Below, piece after piece: positions 1 through 13,552 of a stretch of DNA of 60,734 bases. The stretch is from Perkinsus olseni (taxonomy: Eukaryota), in NCBI GenBank assembly GCA_013115125.1, contig JABANN010000152.1:1-60734 (forward strand), read 5' to 3'. The first letter of the stretch is position 1, and each line of letters starts with the position of its first letter. Both the position numbers and the translations under genes were made by a program. Under the pieces are notes generated by a model. The model did not search any database. It was not told the origin of the DNA and worked only from the letters and a program-made list of their open reading frames with translations.

Positions 1-83
1 CGGTCGAGTAAAGGCATCTGTGAGATTCTGGGGTGAACTCAACATAGATGAGATAGTCCAACGAGGAGAGACCCCCGAGGCCA

Positions 84-1340
84 ATGGCGACGATGCATCG
101 GAACATTACCAGCGACCAGAAACTCCAGGAGAAGGCAGAGGCAATGCCAGCCAGGCCCGAGATCAGTAGGGTCACCACGAACGGCCATTTACGGCCGATA
201 CGATCGCTGAGGTACCCGAAAAGTGTCGAGGAGAGCATCGAAAGAAGTGAGGTTAGGAAGGGGAAGAAGGCATAATCAGTTTGACTAAGGTTATATTCCT
301 TCATGATTCCGCCTTGAATGAAGACCACTACAAGGAGCTCTGCACAGACCGCGAAGTAGCCCACTGAACATAGGAGTAGGAGCCAGTATTGGAACTTGCC
401 ATAGCCAATGTGATCAATGACCTGCTCGACGTAGGTGGCAGAGGTAGCCACTGAGGAGATCGAGGCGCTTCGGGACTCCAACATGGAAAAAGAAGAGCGG
501 AAACTACGAGAGCGATTGGCGAGGCTGAACGAGCGAGTTGGAGCGAATGCCGTCGAAAACGGAAGGGAGACAACAACGCTACATACAACACAACCACAGT
601 CTGCGGCACACTCGCATTCAATTTCACAGAGAATGATCCACACACGGCAAGACCCGACTGTCCTCGTCCAACTACGGTTTCGATATCTTGGCCATGTAGC
701 AAAGAAATTGTACACTAAAGGGAAGAAACCTTTGTGAAGTCCTCGGAGTGACTCTAAGCGGAGCGATGCAGTGTGCGCTGAGGGCGTCTTTCCCGCACAA
801 AGCCCTTCTCAATCTCGACCACTTTCACCTTGAGTGAACTCGAGCGTTGGATTGTGAAGAATATCAAGAGCTATGAGGCTGAAACCAGCAGCCGTGATCG
901 CCAGCTGAGCTCGAGAGGTGGAGCAGGCACCGTCTCTGGATGTAGTGTGGCCCCTTCGAGTAACAGCGGGTCGGGCAACTTATGAAACATGGAAGGATGC
1001 GGGTCTATGCCGTTGATGCTGCGTTGAAATGACGTCAAGCTGCGACAGGTAGACTAGCTTGGCGAGCGACGACTGCGTAGGAGGGTCATTTTTATACGGC
1101 AACGATAGTCCTGCGATCAATGAGAGATTACGTCAGTTCCGTGCCCAGTGAGTTTCCATAACGACGACCTACAACAATGAATCCAGTGGAATCACATTGG
1201 ACATCGGGGGTTCCGGGACCCACAACGCTAGCTCTGGGAAGGTTCTAAAGCTATGCAGCTGATTGAAGACGGTCACGGCCATTGCCAGAGATTGATAAGG
1301 CATGTTGCCTACCCTGCGGAAGCTGCAAGCCAACACGACG
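84..1340 (+). other. Degenerate coding-like relic (short ORFs with a coiled-coil stretch), possibly a decayed mobile element
   Basis: ORF 435-737 has a charged coiled-coil (EEIEALRDSNMEKEERKLRERLARLNE); neighbouring frames are broken by stops; no diagnostic motif. Confidence 0.2.
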
Positions 1341-1376
1341 AACTTACTCAGGGACTAAGGTGCTGATATGGGTAGC

Positions 1377-1689
1377 TCGCTGACGCCCCTCTCTCCACAG
1401 CTACTTTAATGATACCACTGGAGTTCGGCTGTAGTAGCCNNNNNNNNNNNNNNNNNNNNNNNNNNNNNNNNNNNNNNNNNNNNNNNNNNNNNNNNNNNNN
1501 NNNNNNNNNNNNNNNNNNNNNNNNNNNNNNNNNNNNNCCCGCCGACGCCACTCTCTCCACAGCTACTTTAATGATACCACTGGAGTTCGGCTGTAGTAGC
1601 CCGCCGACGCCACTCTCTCCACAGCTACTTTAATGATACCACTGGAGTTCGGCTGTAGTAGCCCGCCGACGCCACTCTCTCCACAGCTG
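1377..1689. repeat. 62-bp tandem repeat spanning an assembly gap
   Basis: Unit cccgccgacgccactctctccacagctactttaatgataccactggagttcggctgtagtag starts at 1538, 1600 and 1662 (partial); a variant copy lies at about 1377-1439; N-run at 1440-1537. Confidence 0.95.
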
Positions 1690-2085
1690 CAAGTCCTCTC
1701 CTTTCCGTGGGTCACTAATAGACGAGTACCCACCATCCCACATCCAGCCGATGACCTAATTCCATGAGTATCTTTCGGAGATGACTCAGCCGAGGCCGCC
1801 GGAAAACGACGACATCAAAGAGAGCAACTCCATGATGCTGCCCAACAGTCGCGCCAGTAGCTCGTTGCAGTTGTCCTTTCCCCGCCCCATTCAGGTACGC
1901 TCGGTACGCGACACAGCAAAACAACAACAGTTAGTCGGCACATCCTCCTATGATACTGAGAATCCTGACATCATGAGAACAGCATCATCACTGAGCTGCT
2001 GTGATAATGACATGACGAGATCGCCATTGGCACTACGGTAAACAGTGTCATCGTCATGATGAGCAGAGGGCCCTGCACGCCTCGG

Positions 2086-3286
2086 TTAGTTTGGGTTCAC
2101 CATCAGAGCAATCTTTCCTTCACCGAAATCGACGTGAACACTACAAGCCCTGAAGAGCGGTGTCCCCAAGACCCTAAGGCCACTCTGTTGTTGCATCAGG
2201 ATCACTGTCTCCCTCTTACCAATGTTCTTACAATACCGTCTCGGGTGTATCTTGAAAGGGATGGACTTCCGGCCATCACCCAACTGCAGGACGAGTGTCG
2301 GGAGATAAGGGAGCGCTTCCCTTTTGATGTGCAGGGAGCCCGAGTCCCCTCTCCTGTATAGGAGATCTATCTGTTCGTCTCTGAAGCCATTCGACTTCAA
2401 GCTCACCCGGAGCTTCCCTTCTACGATTCCGAGCAGATCCGGATGGGGCAGGTGAATGCGATTTGCTCCCGTATCCATAACTGTCAGGATCGACCTTGGA
2501 TACTTTTCCGTAGCCGAAAGATTCCCGTCTCTTGCATCGACCACGGCCACCGAGGACACCAACGTTCTCGGGAGCGTCGGACTATGTTCAGAACCATACG
2601 GGAAGTGGAAGAAGGAGTAGTTGCTCTCCTTCGACTCGGTCACAGTGTCACCAATCGTCAACTGACCCGAGACGAAATCGAAGCTCTGCGCATGTGTCTC
2701 GGTCCGAAGGGTGTAGGACATGCGGTGAATCAAGTTGTGATGGATAAGCCCCTCGAGGAAGCTCCCATCGACACTCGAGTTCCGTACGGACTGTTTCAAG
2801 CTTGGTGGCAGGCCGGAGAGCCCGAGGAAGAGGTCTGACGCCGGGGATCCAGGAAGTGGCCCGGGCGACTCTGAAGGTGAAGGGAGTTGGAGTGTGATCA
2901 TCACCCAGTGAAAGCATGCCCGTCCTTCTGATAGTCTCGATGGCTGCGTTGCCTACGAAGCCTGACTTGGCTGTTGTGTTGGCGTTGAAGACACAGGGCG
3001 TTATCTTCGGACAGAAGTAGCAACCGGAGTGTGACTTGCCGCACGCCCCTTTGCCGTACTTCTCCTCGTACCAGTCACCGTCCATCACGACTAGGTCCCA
3101 ATAGCCAGTGTCTACTAGCAGGTCTACAGCTTGCCCGTCTATGGAGACTTTGGTGAAGCCCCGGTCGATTGGCATTGTTAGAGCAGGGGCAGCCCCCTTG
3201 GCAGGATCACGCTCGGGTTGTACTCGACAGAAGACAGGCACTGTGACTTTGAGGAGGATGGCCATAGTAGAGGCCATAGTTATCAT
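2086..3286 (-). pseudogene. Pepsin-like (A1) aspartyl protease split by a frameshift near 2835-2870
   Basis: Hydrophobic N-terminus; first catalytic motif VDLLVDTG in ORF 2648-3331; second motif TVMDTG and C-terminal RVLGTPLFRACSVHVDF in ORF 2086-2904, a different frame; no clear intron at the junction. Confidence 0.8.
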
Positions 3287-3547
3287 CAGGGGAGGATAGG
3301 CTAGAAGAGCCACTACTTGGCAAATGCCCAAGTAAGGCCTTCAGGGTAGTGGTGGTTGACAATAGACGAACTACGCGCGTCTCAACACTGCAAATCTTGC
3401 AGCCTTACCGACACTAGCAATTCCTCCACGCTTCTATCTAATACGTCGTCACGAAGAAGGACCCGAGTATCTTAGGTTGATCGCTGTCTGATACAGATCG
3501 ACTATCCACTACATCGTCTTGTGTTGCAGACCCGTTCGTCGTTCCCA

Positions 3548-5032
3548 ATGGCATTTCCCTGTCCGATTTCCCCCTCTGCTTCAACTCCATCATCACCATC
3601 ATCAACAGCAGAGCATCCTCAGTTCGCCCCTCGACGGCCATTCAACCCGAACTGTCCCGTACGACCACACGTCTATCACCTCTACGGCGTCTCGTTAGTG
3701 CATGAACCAGAGCTCATCAAAGCCTACGGTGGAGGGCATCACGACGCTGTCGGGATAGAATGGGTTGATGATGCATCCTGCAACCTCGTCTACCCCGATG
3801 CTCACTCGGCCAAGTCCTCGCTGTTGCCGCAACTCGCAGGGTCGGAGTTACCGCCTTCGGACGGCTCCTGGCTGCCTTGCAGACCTCTCAGGAAGGTGGG
3901 AGTCGGTCTAGGTGGAGACAAGTCATTTATGGAGGCCACAGAGCTCCAGATCAGGGTCGCCACCACCGCGGACGTGAAGGACCTCCATCATAAAGGGGAT
4001 GTCGATTCTACCTACTATCAGCTCAACTGCGACCGAGTGGTGCGTCGGAAGCTGTCTTATCATGGTCAGGAGTGGCACAGGAAGAAGCAGGAGAGACGGG
4101 ACAATTATTATAAGGCCAAGCAAGAGGCAGTGGCAGAGCCAGCTGCTACTGCACCGAGGATCGGTCTCGACGGCTATGCTACTGCCGCTATGAATCCTCT
4201 GTTGTTCTTGAGGGCATCTAACTCCACTATGGAGGTTGACAAGAAGGGAGATCTTCTGAGTATGGTCAACAAAGCGGAGGACTCTGCCGGCTTTGGTAAG
4301 GCGGAGGTGCAGGGTGGTGGAAAGGGGAAAGGGCGGAAAAGGCAGAGTGTCGACGGTATCTTGCACTCGACTTCGGCTGATAAAAGACAGGTTAACCTGC
4401 CGATTGCAGTGGTGAAGTTCTGTAAAAGATATCGTCTGAAGTATGAGGCCGTTAGATTGCGGAAAACATATCGCAGTATTTCCTTTGGCCAGCAGAAGTC
4501 GCTGAAGAACGGCGGCCCTCCGGAGGCCCCTCCGTGGGAGGTCTACGTGGCGGCTAATGGCCTGCAGGAGACCACGCTCGCCCATGCCGTTTGGATATCT
4601 ATTGGGGACTGGCAGAAGGAGGAAGGGGTGGATAAGCTTCTTCAAAGGAGGGTGGTAGTATTGGTACCCCATGTACCGGGTACGGGGGTATCTCTGGATA
4701 TGATTTCGGAGAAATGTGGTATGAAGGCTAAGACGGTGTCGGTATCTCACATGCAGAAGGAGTTGGGATTTCCGCCCATGGTGTGTCCACCGTTCGGCCA
4801 CCAGTTCGCGCCGAATGTCGTCAAATCTGGGGTTGATGCTGGCTCTTTACAACCCCCGAAGATTCTCATCAGCGAGGATCTTATTGCCTCGCCCATGGTC
4901 GTCTTCGACCTCGGTAATAATGCGATCAAAATATCGGGAAGTCAACTGAAACGGTTGATCGATTTGGGACCCGACAGTGGTTGTGATGTGGTCTCCTGCG
5001 GATCGGGTATCTTAGTTAAGAAGGCTGCGTGA
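3548..5032 (+). CDS. Intronless protein with N-terminal NCBP3-like RRM (DUF2414) and C-terminal YbaK/ProX-like domain
   Basis: HLYGV...IEWVDDASCNLVY...LQIRVAT..DVK resembles NCBP3; C-terminal ELGFPPMVCPPFGH...KILISEDL...VVFDLG resembles the YbaK GxxxP-G region. Confidence 0.6.
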   Translation: MAFPCPISPSASTPSSPSSTAEHPQFAPRRPFNPNCPVRPHVYHLYGVSLVHEPELIKAYGGGHHDAVGIEWVDDASCNLVYPDAHSAKSSLLPQLAGSELPPSDGSWLPCRPLRKVGVGLGGDKSFMEATELQIRVATTADVKDLHHKGDVDSTYYQLNCDRVVRRKLSYHGQEWHRKKQERRDNYYKAKQEAVAEPAATAPRIGLDGYATAAMNPLLFLRASNSTMEVDKKGDLLSMVNKAEDSAGFGKAEVQGGGKGKGRKRQSVDGILHSTSADKRQVNLPIAVVKFCKRYRLKYEAVRLRKTYRSISFGQQKSLKNGGPPEAPPWEVYVAANGLQETTLAHAVWISIGDWQKEEGVDKLLQRRVVVLVPHVPGTGVSLDMISEKCGMKAKTVSVSHMQKELGFPPMVCPPFGHQFAPNVVKSGVDAGSLQPPKILISEDLIASPMVVFDLGNNAIKISGSQLKRLIDLGPDSGCDVVSCGSGILVKKAA

Positions 5033-5214
5033 TGGAGGTTAGCCTGTGGGACACTGTAATATTGTATCTTTGCTTCGTCGAGAGTATCTTCGAAGTTTCC
5101 TATAACGTCGGTTTGATTCAGCTACTCCTTGCGTTCAAGTGCTCACGGCGGAGCGGCCGCCGATTTCTCAGTTTGTGCCTTAGCCTTTCGCCTGTCTGCT
5201 GTCGCTTCTCCAAG

Positions 5215-7164
5215 ATGTCAAAAATCTTCCGCGTGCGCAAGATACTCTGCAGATGTGTCTTGATGATGCTGGTTGTGGTGATGGTGAATGGTTGGGATGT
5301 TGATGGTCATGAGGCTGTGGGTATGGTAGCGATGTCGGCGTTGGACGGACGAGCGTCTAACCAGTTGAAGAGGTTACTGCAGGGAAAAGATGCTGTTGAG
5401 GATGCGGGTAGGACGCAGCCGTAGTGGGAATACCGACAGGCGATGGGGTCGAACTTGGAACCAATCGAGTGTTGAGCGGGCGTCCTGACCATTAGGCCAT
5501 GAGTATCTTTCAGGATGGGCCCACAAGGCAGAGTCGGCCATCCCGTGGTCGAAGCCACTTCATTTTATACAACAGCCTGAGCCGTTCTCGAACACTCTGG
5601 TCATCAACGACATCACATGCCCTGACGGCCAGTGCCTCTTAGAAGCCATCAAGATATTCTACGACCAAGCTAAAGGGGACACTTCCAAGGTCATAACTGG
5701 AGGCGTCAGAATCACACTTATCGTGCAGCCTATCTCAGTCCTCCCAGAAGGACAGGTTGATGAGGTCGTCAACGAGGTTTCCAGTACAGGTTACAGATGC
5801 GGATGCTGTGCGGTTCCTCATCAATCTCATAGGGGACATGCACCAGCCCCTTCATGAGGGCTTTCTGAGTAGTACTGGGAGTGGCCATCTAAGCGTTGGC
5901 CAGTTCGGGTCAAGATCGTTAGACGGGAAGTGTTCATGCTCTCATTCGTTCAGCTGACGACTTTGGTAGGAGGACTCTGGTGAAGTTGCCCAATGGTTCG
6001 GTGATGTCCCTCTATGAGGTAGTACAGGGGAACGCCCACAGTCACTGCCTGGAAGGCCTCGATATCTTTCGTAAGGAAGAACTAATGTTATCGCTTTGTC
6101 GGTCACTGTGGGGTGGCCGCGTGGTCTGGGGTTCGTTAACGAAACTTGGTGAATCGTGAGCGGAGTAGTCGAGGTGACCTTGTCTTTAGTTGTGGGACCA
6201 TGACATCATCCAGTCGACGATTCAGAATCATCCGCAGTTTTGGTGGAGCGGCTGGACTCATATTCAGAGGGTGGACACGAGTGTAAGCTATTTTGTATCT
6301 TGCATGGTTGGAGATAAGATTCTTGTCCCGCTAGACTTACAACGCGGACAAGAAGGCTTGGCAGGAGGACAACACGGCGGCCCTCACGAAGTGGTGCCAA
6401 GAAAATGCCGAGTTTGCGAATCAATTGTACTAGCCGGGGATCGAACCGGGGACCTTCAGCTTATCCTGTATCAGCATCTACACCAACCCGTTGACCAATG
6501 AACGCTTCCCACTCGGCGGTGATGCTCCTATCGAGGTGGATGCCGCTCTGTTGGACAAGTGGCGTCAGTTGCTGATACAGCGCATCCTCCTCGCCGGCTC
6601 GAGGACGGCCATCATATTAAATGATCTCCTCGAGTCGAGCGCCGCTCCTGGCTTACGATCGGTAGTAATACTATCGCCTGGATTCCACTCGTACGACTCG
6701 CGTAGATGATCCTCTGCACCTCTCGGATTACTCTCGACCGTCGCTCATCTCTCAAAACGATCGTCCGAACCACGGCATAGTTGAACCATATTCTTATCAG
6801 CGGAAAATGCCATCGGGCGCGGATTTCCTCTAAAATTTTACGAAGCCTACTGGAAGGATATGCTGTAGAGCTCTCGGTGGATTTGCCTTCTCTTCAGGGA
6901 AGCATCGTCACGCCACCGGTGGCTGATGAGATCGAGATCGATGATTTGGAGTTCGGCAACGGTCAGCCTGCTCGGCGGCGTCAGAAATTGGATACCACAT
7001 CGGACATCCTCCTGCAGCTGGGCGTCCTCGCAGTTGTGGTTGTCATTGCTTTGGCCGCTTACTTGCTCTTCATGATGGTTTCCAAGAGTAAGGGTAAGGC
7101 TGGTGAGGCCGGCGGGCTCAGGCTGCCGACGGTCGTACAGAGCAAAAAGGAAATGCTCGATTGA
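5215..7164 (+). CDS. S1/P1 family nuclease (3'-nucleotidase/nuclease type), multi-exon, with signal peptide and C-terminal transmembrane anchor
   Basis: WDVDGHEAVG, spliced GWAHKAESAIPWSKPLHF, FLINLIGDMHQPLH, LWDHDII, ILLAGSRTAIILN; introns include 5408-5513 and 6427-6474; TM LGVLAVVVVIALAAYLLFMMV. Confidence 0.9.
5445..5455 (-). promoter_or_regulatory. Intronic B-box-like motif AGTTCGACCCC
   Basis: Matches RGTTCRANNCC inside intron 5408-5513; followed by ATCGCCTGTCG. Confidence 0.45.
6437..6447 (-). promoter_or_regulatory. Intronic B-box-like motif GGTTCGATCCC
   Basis: Inside intron 6427-6474; minus-strand context CTGAAGGTCCCCGGTTCGATCCCCGGCTAGTACA resembles a tRNA 3' half. Confidence 0.55.
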
Positions 7165-7523
7165 AGTGTCTTCGCTGGTATACCCGATTTTTCAATGATC
7201 CTCGTGGGAGAGGCTGGGTCACTTCAACCGCTACTATTGCTAATATTCTTTACCCGACCTATTTTGTATCAATCTAAGATACAGAAGAAAATAACCGCGT
7301 CGTTTCCCGTTTGAGTTCTCGTTGGGTTTGTCGAGTTGCCCTAATCGATGTCGTCGGGAGGATGCTCTGAGTTGGACTTTCTGCTGCCGGTAGGACTTAT
7401 CGGGATGGTATTTTTCCCTCTTCACTCGAGGTCCACATAGGTCGATAAGATACCCGCAGTACGTCGCTGTTTTGCAGCCATCGTGAGCAGGTCTGCCTCA
7501 TTGAATGCTTCTTGTTGTTGATT

Positions 7524-8669
7524 ATGAACAGCCTCTTCCTTTCGGCGACGGCCCTTCAACAGCAGCGTTCGCCACTAAGGCCGACCTCTCCCGCTACAAA
7601 TAGTAGTATCGGAGGGGTTCACCAACCTGAAAGCTCGGGGAAATGTGGTATTGAAAGATCAGTACGCGTCTATTTCATTGATAATACGTATCGTGAAGTC
7701 CGTCATTTATCGACCGACACGACGGTTTCGGAGCTCCTGTATAAACTACAGCAGAAGGACACCTCAGTTGGCCGGATGAATTTGTATTTTGTGGCGAGCG
7801 GTCGTCGAACAGTTTGCGAACGGAAGCTAGAGGAGTCCGAAAGGCCTCTGGCCATCGTCACCGAATCTGATGGGCCTGGCAAGCTCGTAGCTCATCCGCC
7901 AGGGGAAAAGATACCATCGAAGATACTTCCTGAGGAGGTGGAGGATGTCGCTGGGGATGTGCTCAGGAGAGGCACTCTTGATAAACTATCGTCCAATGGG
8001 AAGAAGTGGAAGCCTCGGGAGTTCACGTTACGGCCGTCGACGCTGGCCTATCAGAGCGGTGACAAACCGGCGAGGGTATCGGAATTGGTGAATTGCGAGA
8101 AAGTTGTCGCGGGGGACGGGCGGAGCGATGCTGGTGAAACGAAGAGAATCTTTAGGGTTGTCATGGACACACGTACGTTGACCCTGCGAGCTGCCACTAC
8201 CTCTGACCGGGATGTGTGGGTCCTGTCGGTGGCCAAGAGCGCTGCAATACTGAAGGAGAATCGGATACTCGAGCAAGCGTGTCGGGCGATGAAGGAAAAT
8301 AATAAGAGGCGGATAGATTCCGAGATCAAGGGGTTGTTCTCTTTGACGCAGAGTTTGGATTCTCTCCTCAGCTTCTCGTGCGAGGCTCGGGACGTCTTCT
8401 TGAGTCATACTACGGACTGTATTGAGAGTGGTGGTGGGCAGGGGGGAGATGAAATCGATTACGAGGGCGTGCGCGACTACGTCCTGGGGTATGAGGACCC
8501 GGATGTGCGGCAAAATATGAGTGAGGAGGAGTATGCGAAGGTCGATGGTTGGTTGAGGAGGACGGCGTTCCCGAACATAGTAAATCGGATGTCTTTTCTG
8601 ACACGTCTGGCTCAAATCTACGCCTCGAAGCCGCGTCGATCGGACAGCTATTCGCAGTATCTTGACTAG
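7524..8669 (+). CDS. Intronless PH-domain protein with an N-terminal ubiquitin-like/RA-type region
   Basis: VLRRGTLDKLSSNGKKWKPREFTL...FRVVMDTRTLTLRAATTSDRDVWV is a typical PH domain; SVRVYFIDNTYREV...TTVSELL suggests a beta-grasp fold. Confidence 0.75.
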   Translation: MNSLFLSATALQQQRSPLRPTSPATNSSIGGVHQPESSGKCGIERSVRVYFIDNTYREVRHLSTDTTVSELLYKLQQKDTSVGRMNLYFVASGRRTVCERKLEESERPLAIVTESDGPGKLVAHPPGEKIPSKILPEEVEDVAGDVLRRGTLDKLSSNGKKWKPREFTLRPSTLAYQSGDKPARVSELVNCEKVVAGDGRSDAGETKRIFRVVMDTRTLTLRAATTSDRDVWVLSVAKSAAILKENRILEQACRAMKENNKRRIDSEIKGLFSLTQSLDSLLSFSCEARDVFLSHTTDCIESGGGQGGDEIDYEGVRDYVLGYEDPDVRQNMSEEEYAKVDGWLRRTAFPNIVNRMSFLTRLAQIYASKPRRSDSYSQYLD

Positions 8670-8802
8670 ACGCGTGTAAGATACAGAATAGGTCAGGTTC
8701 GGTACCACTCATGTAATATCGATCACCATTCTCTACCTTTTTGCCGATCTCTCGTCGTGTTTTGCTGCGGTTCCTCGTGCATTTTCAAGATTGTTTTTCT
8801 CT

Positions 8803-10734
<1,932 letters not shown>

Positions 10735-11323
10735 GGTAGTGTGGGAGGAGGGCCAGCAGAGGGCAGCTCGACGGATGGCTTCCTCTCTCGACGCCACCAC
10801 CGCGCAGGACATGCCCGATCGTGTCCTTACCGAGGCTGACCTCCGCCCCCCTGCTTCATTGAAGGCTGGTGAGCCACGAGCTTAGAGGGTAGAGACTAAT
10901 ATCCATGTCCGCTTTCCCACCATCGCCAACCGTTCTCTCCACTGGGGTGGTGTAAGCATTATGCCTGCTGTACTTGTACTACTAATCCGACTCATGGTCT
11001 TCGTAAGTAACATCGAAAGTCTTCCTGTTGTCGATCCTCCCTTCCAGTGTAGCTGTTCGTGTGCCTTCTCCCTTTCGACACTCTTTATGTTTGCCATTCT
11101 TCCAGTCACTGCTAGTTGTATGGTGTTCTTCTCATATTCACGAGGCCTCTGCTGCTCCAGCTGGGGCGAAGACCGGGAAGGGGAGTAGTTTTCCATCATC
11201 CAAGGCTCGGTCTTACTCCCCCTTCGGATTGCTTTCGGCGTCTCCCCGTCCTCCATCGCTACAGACCGTCCAACGGTCCATCCAACGATTGATGTAGACT
11301 TCCCTCTTTAAGTATCTTTCATA

Positions 11324-11520
11324 ATGAGCACCCTTGAAGATATCCGTAAAGCACGGCATGAGCTCTGGCTGCGGCAGAAGGCTGCCGCCTCCGCCCCCGA
11401 TGATGATGCCAACGACGACGCAGCTCCGAAGGGTGGTAGGAAGAGACCGCGGGATGACATCGGAGGTGGGTGTCGGCAGGTGGTGTTGAGACACTTCCTC
11501 TTCTAGTCAAACCGAAATAA
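11324..11520 (+). CDS. Small hypothetical protein or orphan exon with NLS-like RKRPR
   Basis: ATG-initiated MSTLEDIRKARHELWLRQK...KGGRKRPRDD; possible GT-AG intron followed by a stop. Confidence 0.3.
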
Positions 11521-11990
11521 TTTCTACCTGCCTGCAATTTCTCGACGACAATCGATAAGGGCTTTCGTATCAGCATTGACCTCGTCAGCCATGACATCGA
11601 CGATCGCCCCTCAAACGGAGTTCCCTCTTCAATTCAAACAGTCCGCAAGACTCCACGAAGACGTGCGCCCTGCTAAGCCCCGAGGATGAGGTCTCATGTC
11701 TAGCGACCGGTGCTGAATCCGTCCAATGGATTTCTCGCTCGCGATTTGCGCTTCTGTGATTCGCCTGAAGTTGGAAAGATTTGACTCGTGGTGCGGCTGA
11801 TGAGAGCACTCCACGTAAATCTGTCACGCATGATGGCCATGCCAACTGCGATGTAGATTTCTGAGTTCCTCTCTAATACCCCTCATACGGCCATAGCATG
11901 ATCTCCGCCTTCGGCTGTGGGATTCCATCGGGCCTTCATCTCATTCAAGGTACTGGCGAGTCGGCGCCCTCGGAAGGGGAAGTAGTCCGG

Positions 11991-13467
11991 ATGGCCGACG
12001 GTCCCCGACGGAGATCAGCGGCTGCTACTACTGCTGCTGCAACTAAGCGTGTGCGGGTCGAAGGAGGTGAGTCACTCATGTTCGTATCGTGGCAGGGGAG
12101 ATGAGTCGCCAGGCTTCATCGCTCGCCATTCTTCGACGTTCTTCCCTCGTACTCAGAAGTGTTATCACATGTGGCTGAGATCTTCACCGGAATAGCAACC
12201 ATCTTGCCAGGTGGCAGTGGAAGACAACATCCCCAGTCCGACCTCTCCCCGATATCAACGTTAAAGATTCTCTCCTGGAACGTAGACGGGTTGGACCAAC
12301 ACTCGGATGAAATCGACATGACAGCCCGGACGATGACGGTCGCGTCCCATATTGTGGATGAGAGGCCCCACGTTGTCCTCTTGCAGGTGGGACTCTCCTC
12401 CGCTTTGGACTTCACCCTTCTAGGGCGTTCAGGAGCTCATCGACTTTAATTTGACCTGGTTACGTCGTCTCCTGTCGGAGTTCTACGACTTCTACGTCCA
12501 ATCCTCCCCTCCCCTGCCTTACTTCGTTGGCATCCTCATCGATCGCTCAGCAGTGGCGATCCGTGGACCACTGGTAACGGATAATTTCGCCACCACCAAG
12601 ATGGGCAGGGCCTTGGTAAAGACTCTGTCAAACCACATTTCGCGCTATTCCTGGATGAACTACAGGTATCCTTGAACGGCGAGGTCCGTCTGACCACGGG
12701 CGGTCGAGTGAAGGTTCACATCGCTACCGCCCACCTCGAGTCCACCAAGGCCTTCGCTCGGCCGAGGGTTGAACAACTCAAAGTGAGTTCGGGTAGCCGT
12801 GTAAGCTGGATGAGATGAAAGTTTGTCATTCAGGAATCCTTCAGCGACATGCGTCGCTCCGTCGCCCAAAATGGTTCATGTTTGGCAATTTTCGGCGGAG
12901 ACCTCAATATCAGGGACGAGGAGGTTCGTCAGGCCCTCTCGGAGGAGAGAGCGGATATCATTGACGCGTGGGAGGTAGGTGGTATCTCCGAAGGTATCTT
13001 TCAGTATCATCATCAGGCCAGCGGTCGGGCGAAGGAGTCCGAGTTCACTTGGGACATGCGGAAGAATGACAACCTCGGGATCAAAGGGAAGCCTAAAGCC
13101 AGGTGGGTTCGTCGAGCTTCGACTTGAACTCGACATCATCTTTTGCGGTATGGCGAACTGCCGCTTCTCTGTTCACTCTTTCGCGATTGCTAACGCACCT
13201 CCGTCATCATCCTGAGTCAGGATTCCTCACGTCGTATGGAGGTCGGCTGTCTTCAGATTTGACCGGCTTTATTTGGCCAACTCCAAGGACATGAAGATAT
13301 CCCCGCAGAGCTTCCGACTGACCGGCACTGAAAGATGCGACATGGATGGGCTGAAGGGAAAGAAAAGATTCCCGAGTGACCATTTTGGCATCCAATTCGA
13401 ATTAAAAGTGGAGTTAAGAAAGAAGGAAGTGATTGATCTCAGTGATGATGATGATGATGATGATTAA
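11991..13467 (+). CDS. TDP2: Tyrosyl-DNA phosphodiesterase 2 (EEP family), multi-exon
   Basis: LKILSWNVDGLD, VVLLQ(E), ATAHLES, IFGGDLNIRDEEV, IIDAWE, FTWDMRKNDNLG, RFDRLYL, FPSDHFGI; start uncertain (11898 or 11991). Confidence 0.9.
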
Positions 13468-13552
13468 GCGTTTCTTATTACTACCATGATCGATTCGCCT
13501 TGTCAACACAACCGGAGATGAGGGACAGTAGCACAGAAACTCACGACGTCAA

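Noticed and set aside
1377-1689. CRISPR-like array
   Set aside because: Units are contiguous and identical with no unique spacers; eukaryotic context and no cas genes
3923-4801. Long antisense ORFs (3923-4801, 8028-8708, 14078-14746 and others)
   Set aside because: Shadows of better-supported genes on the opposite strand
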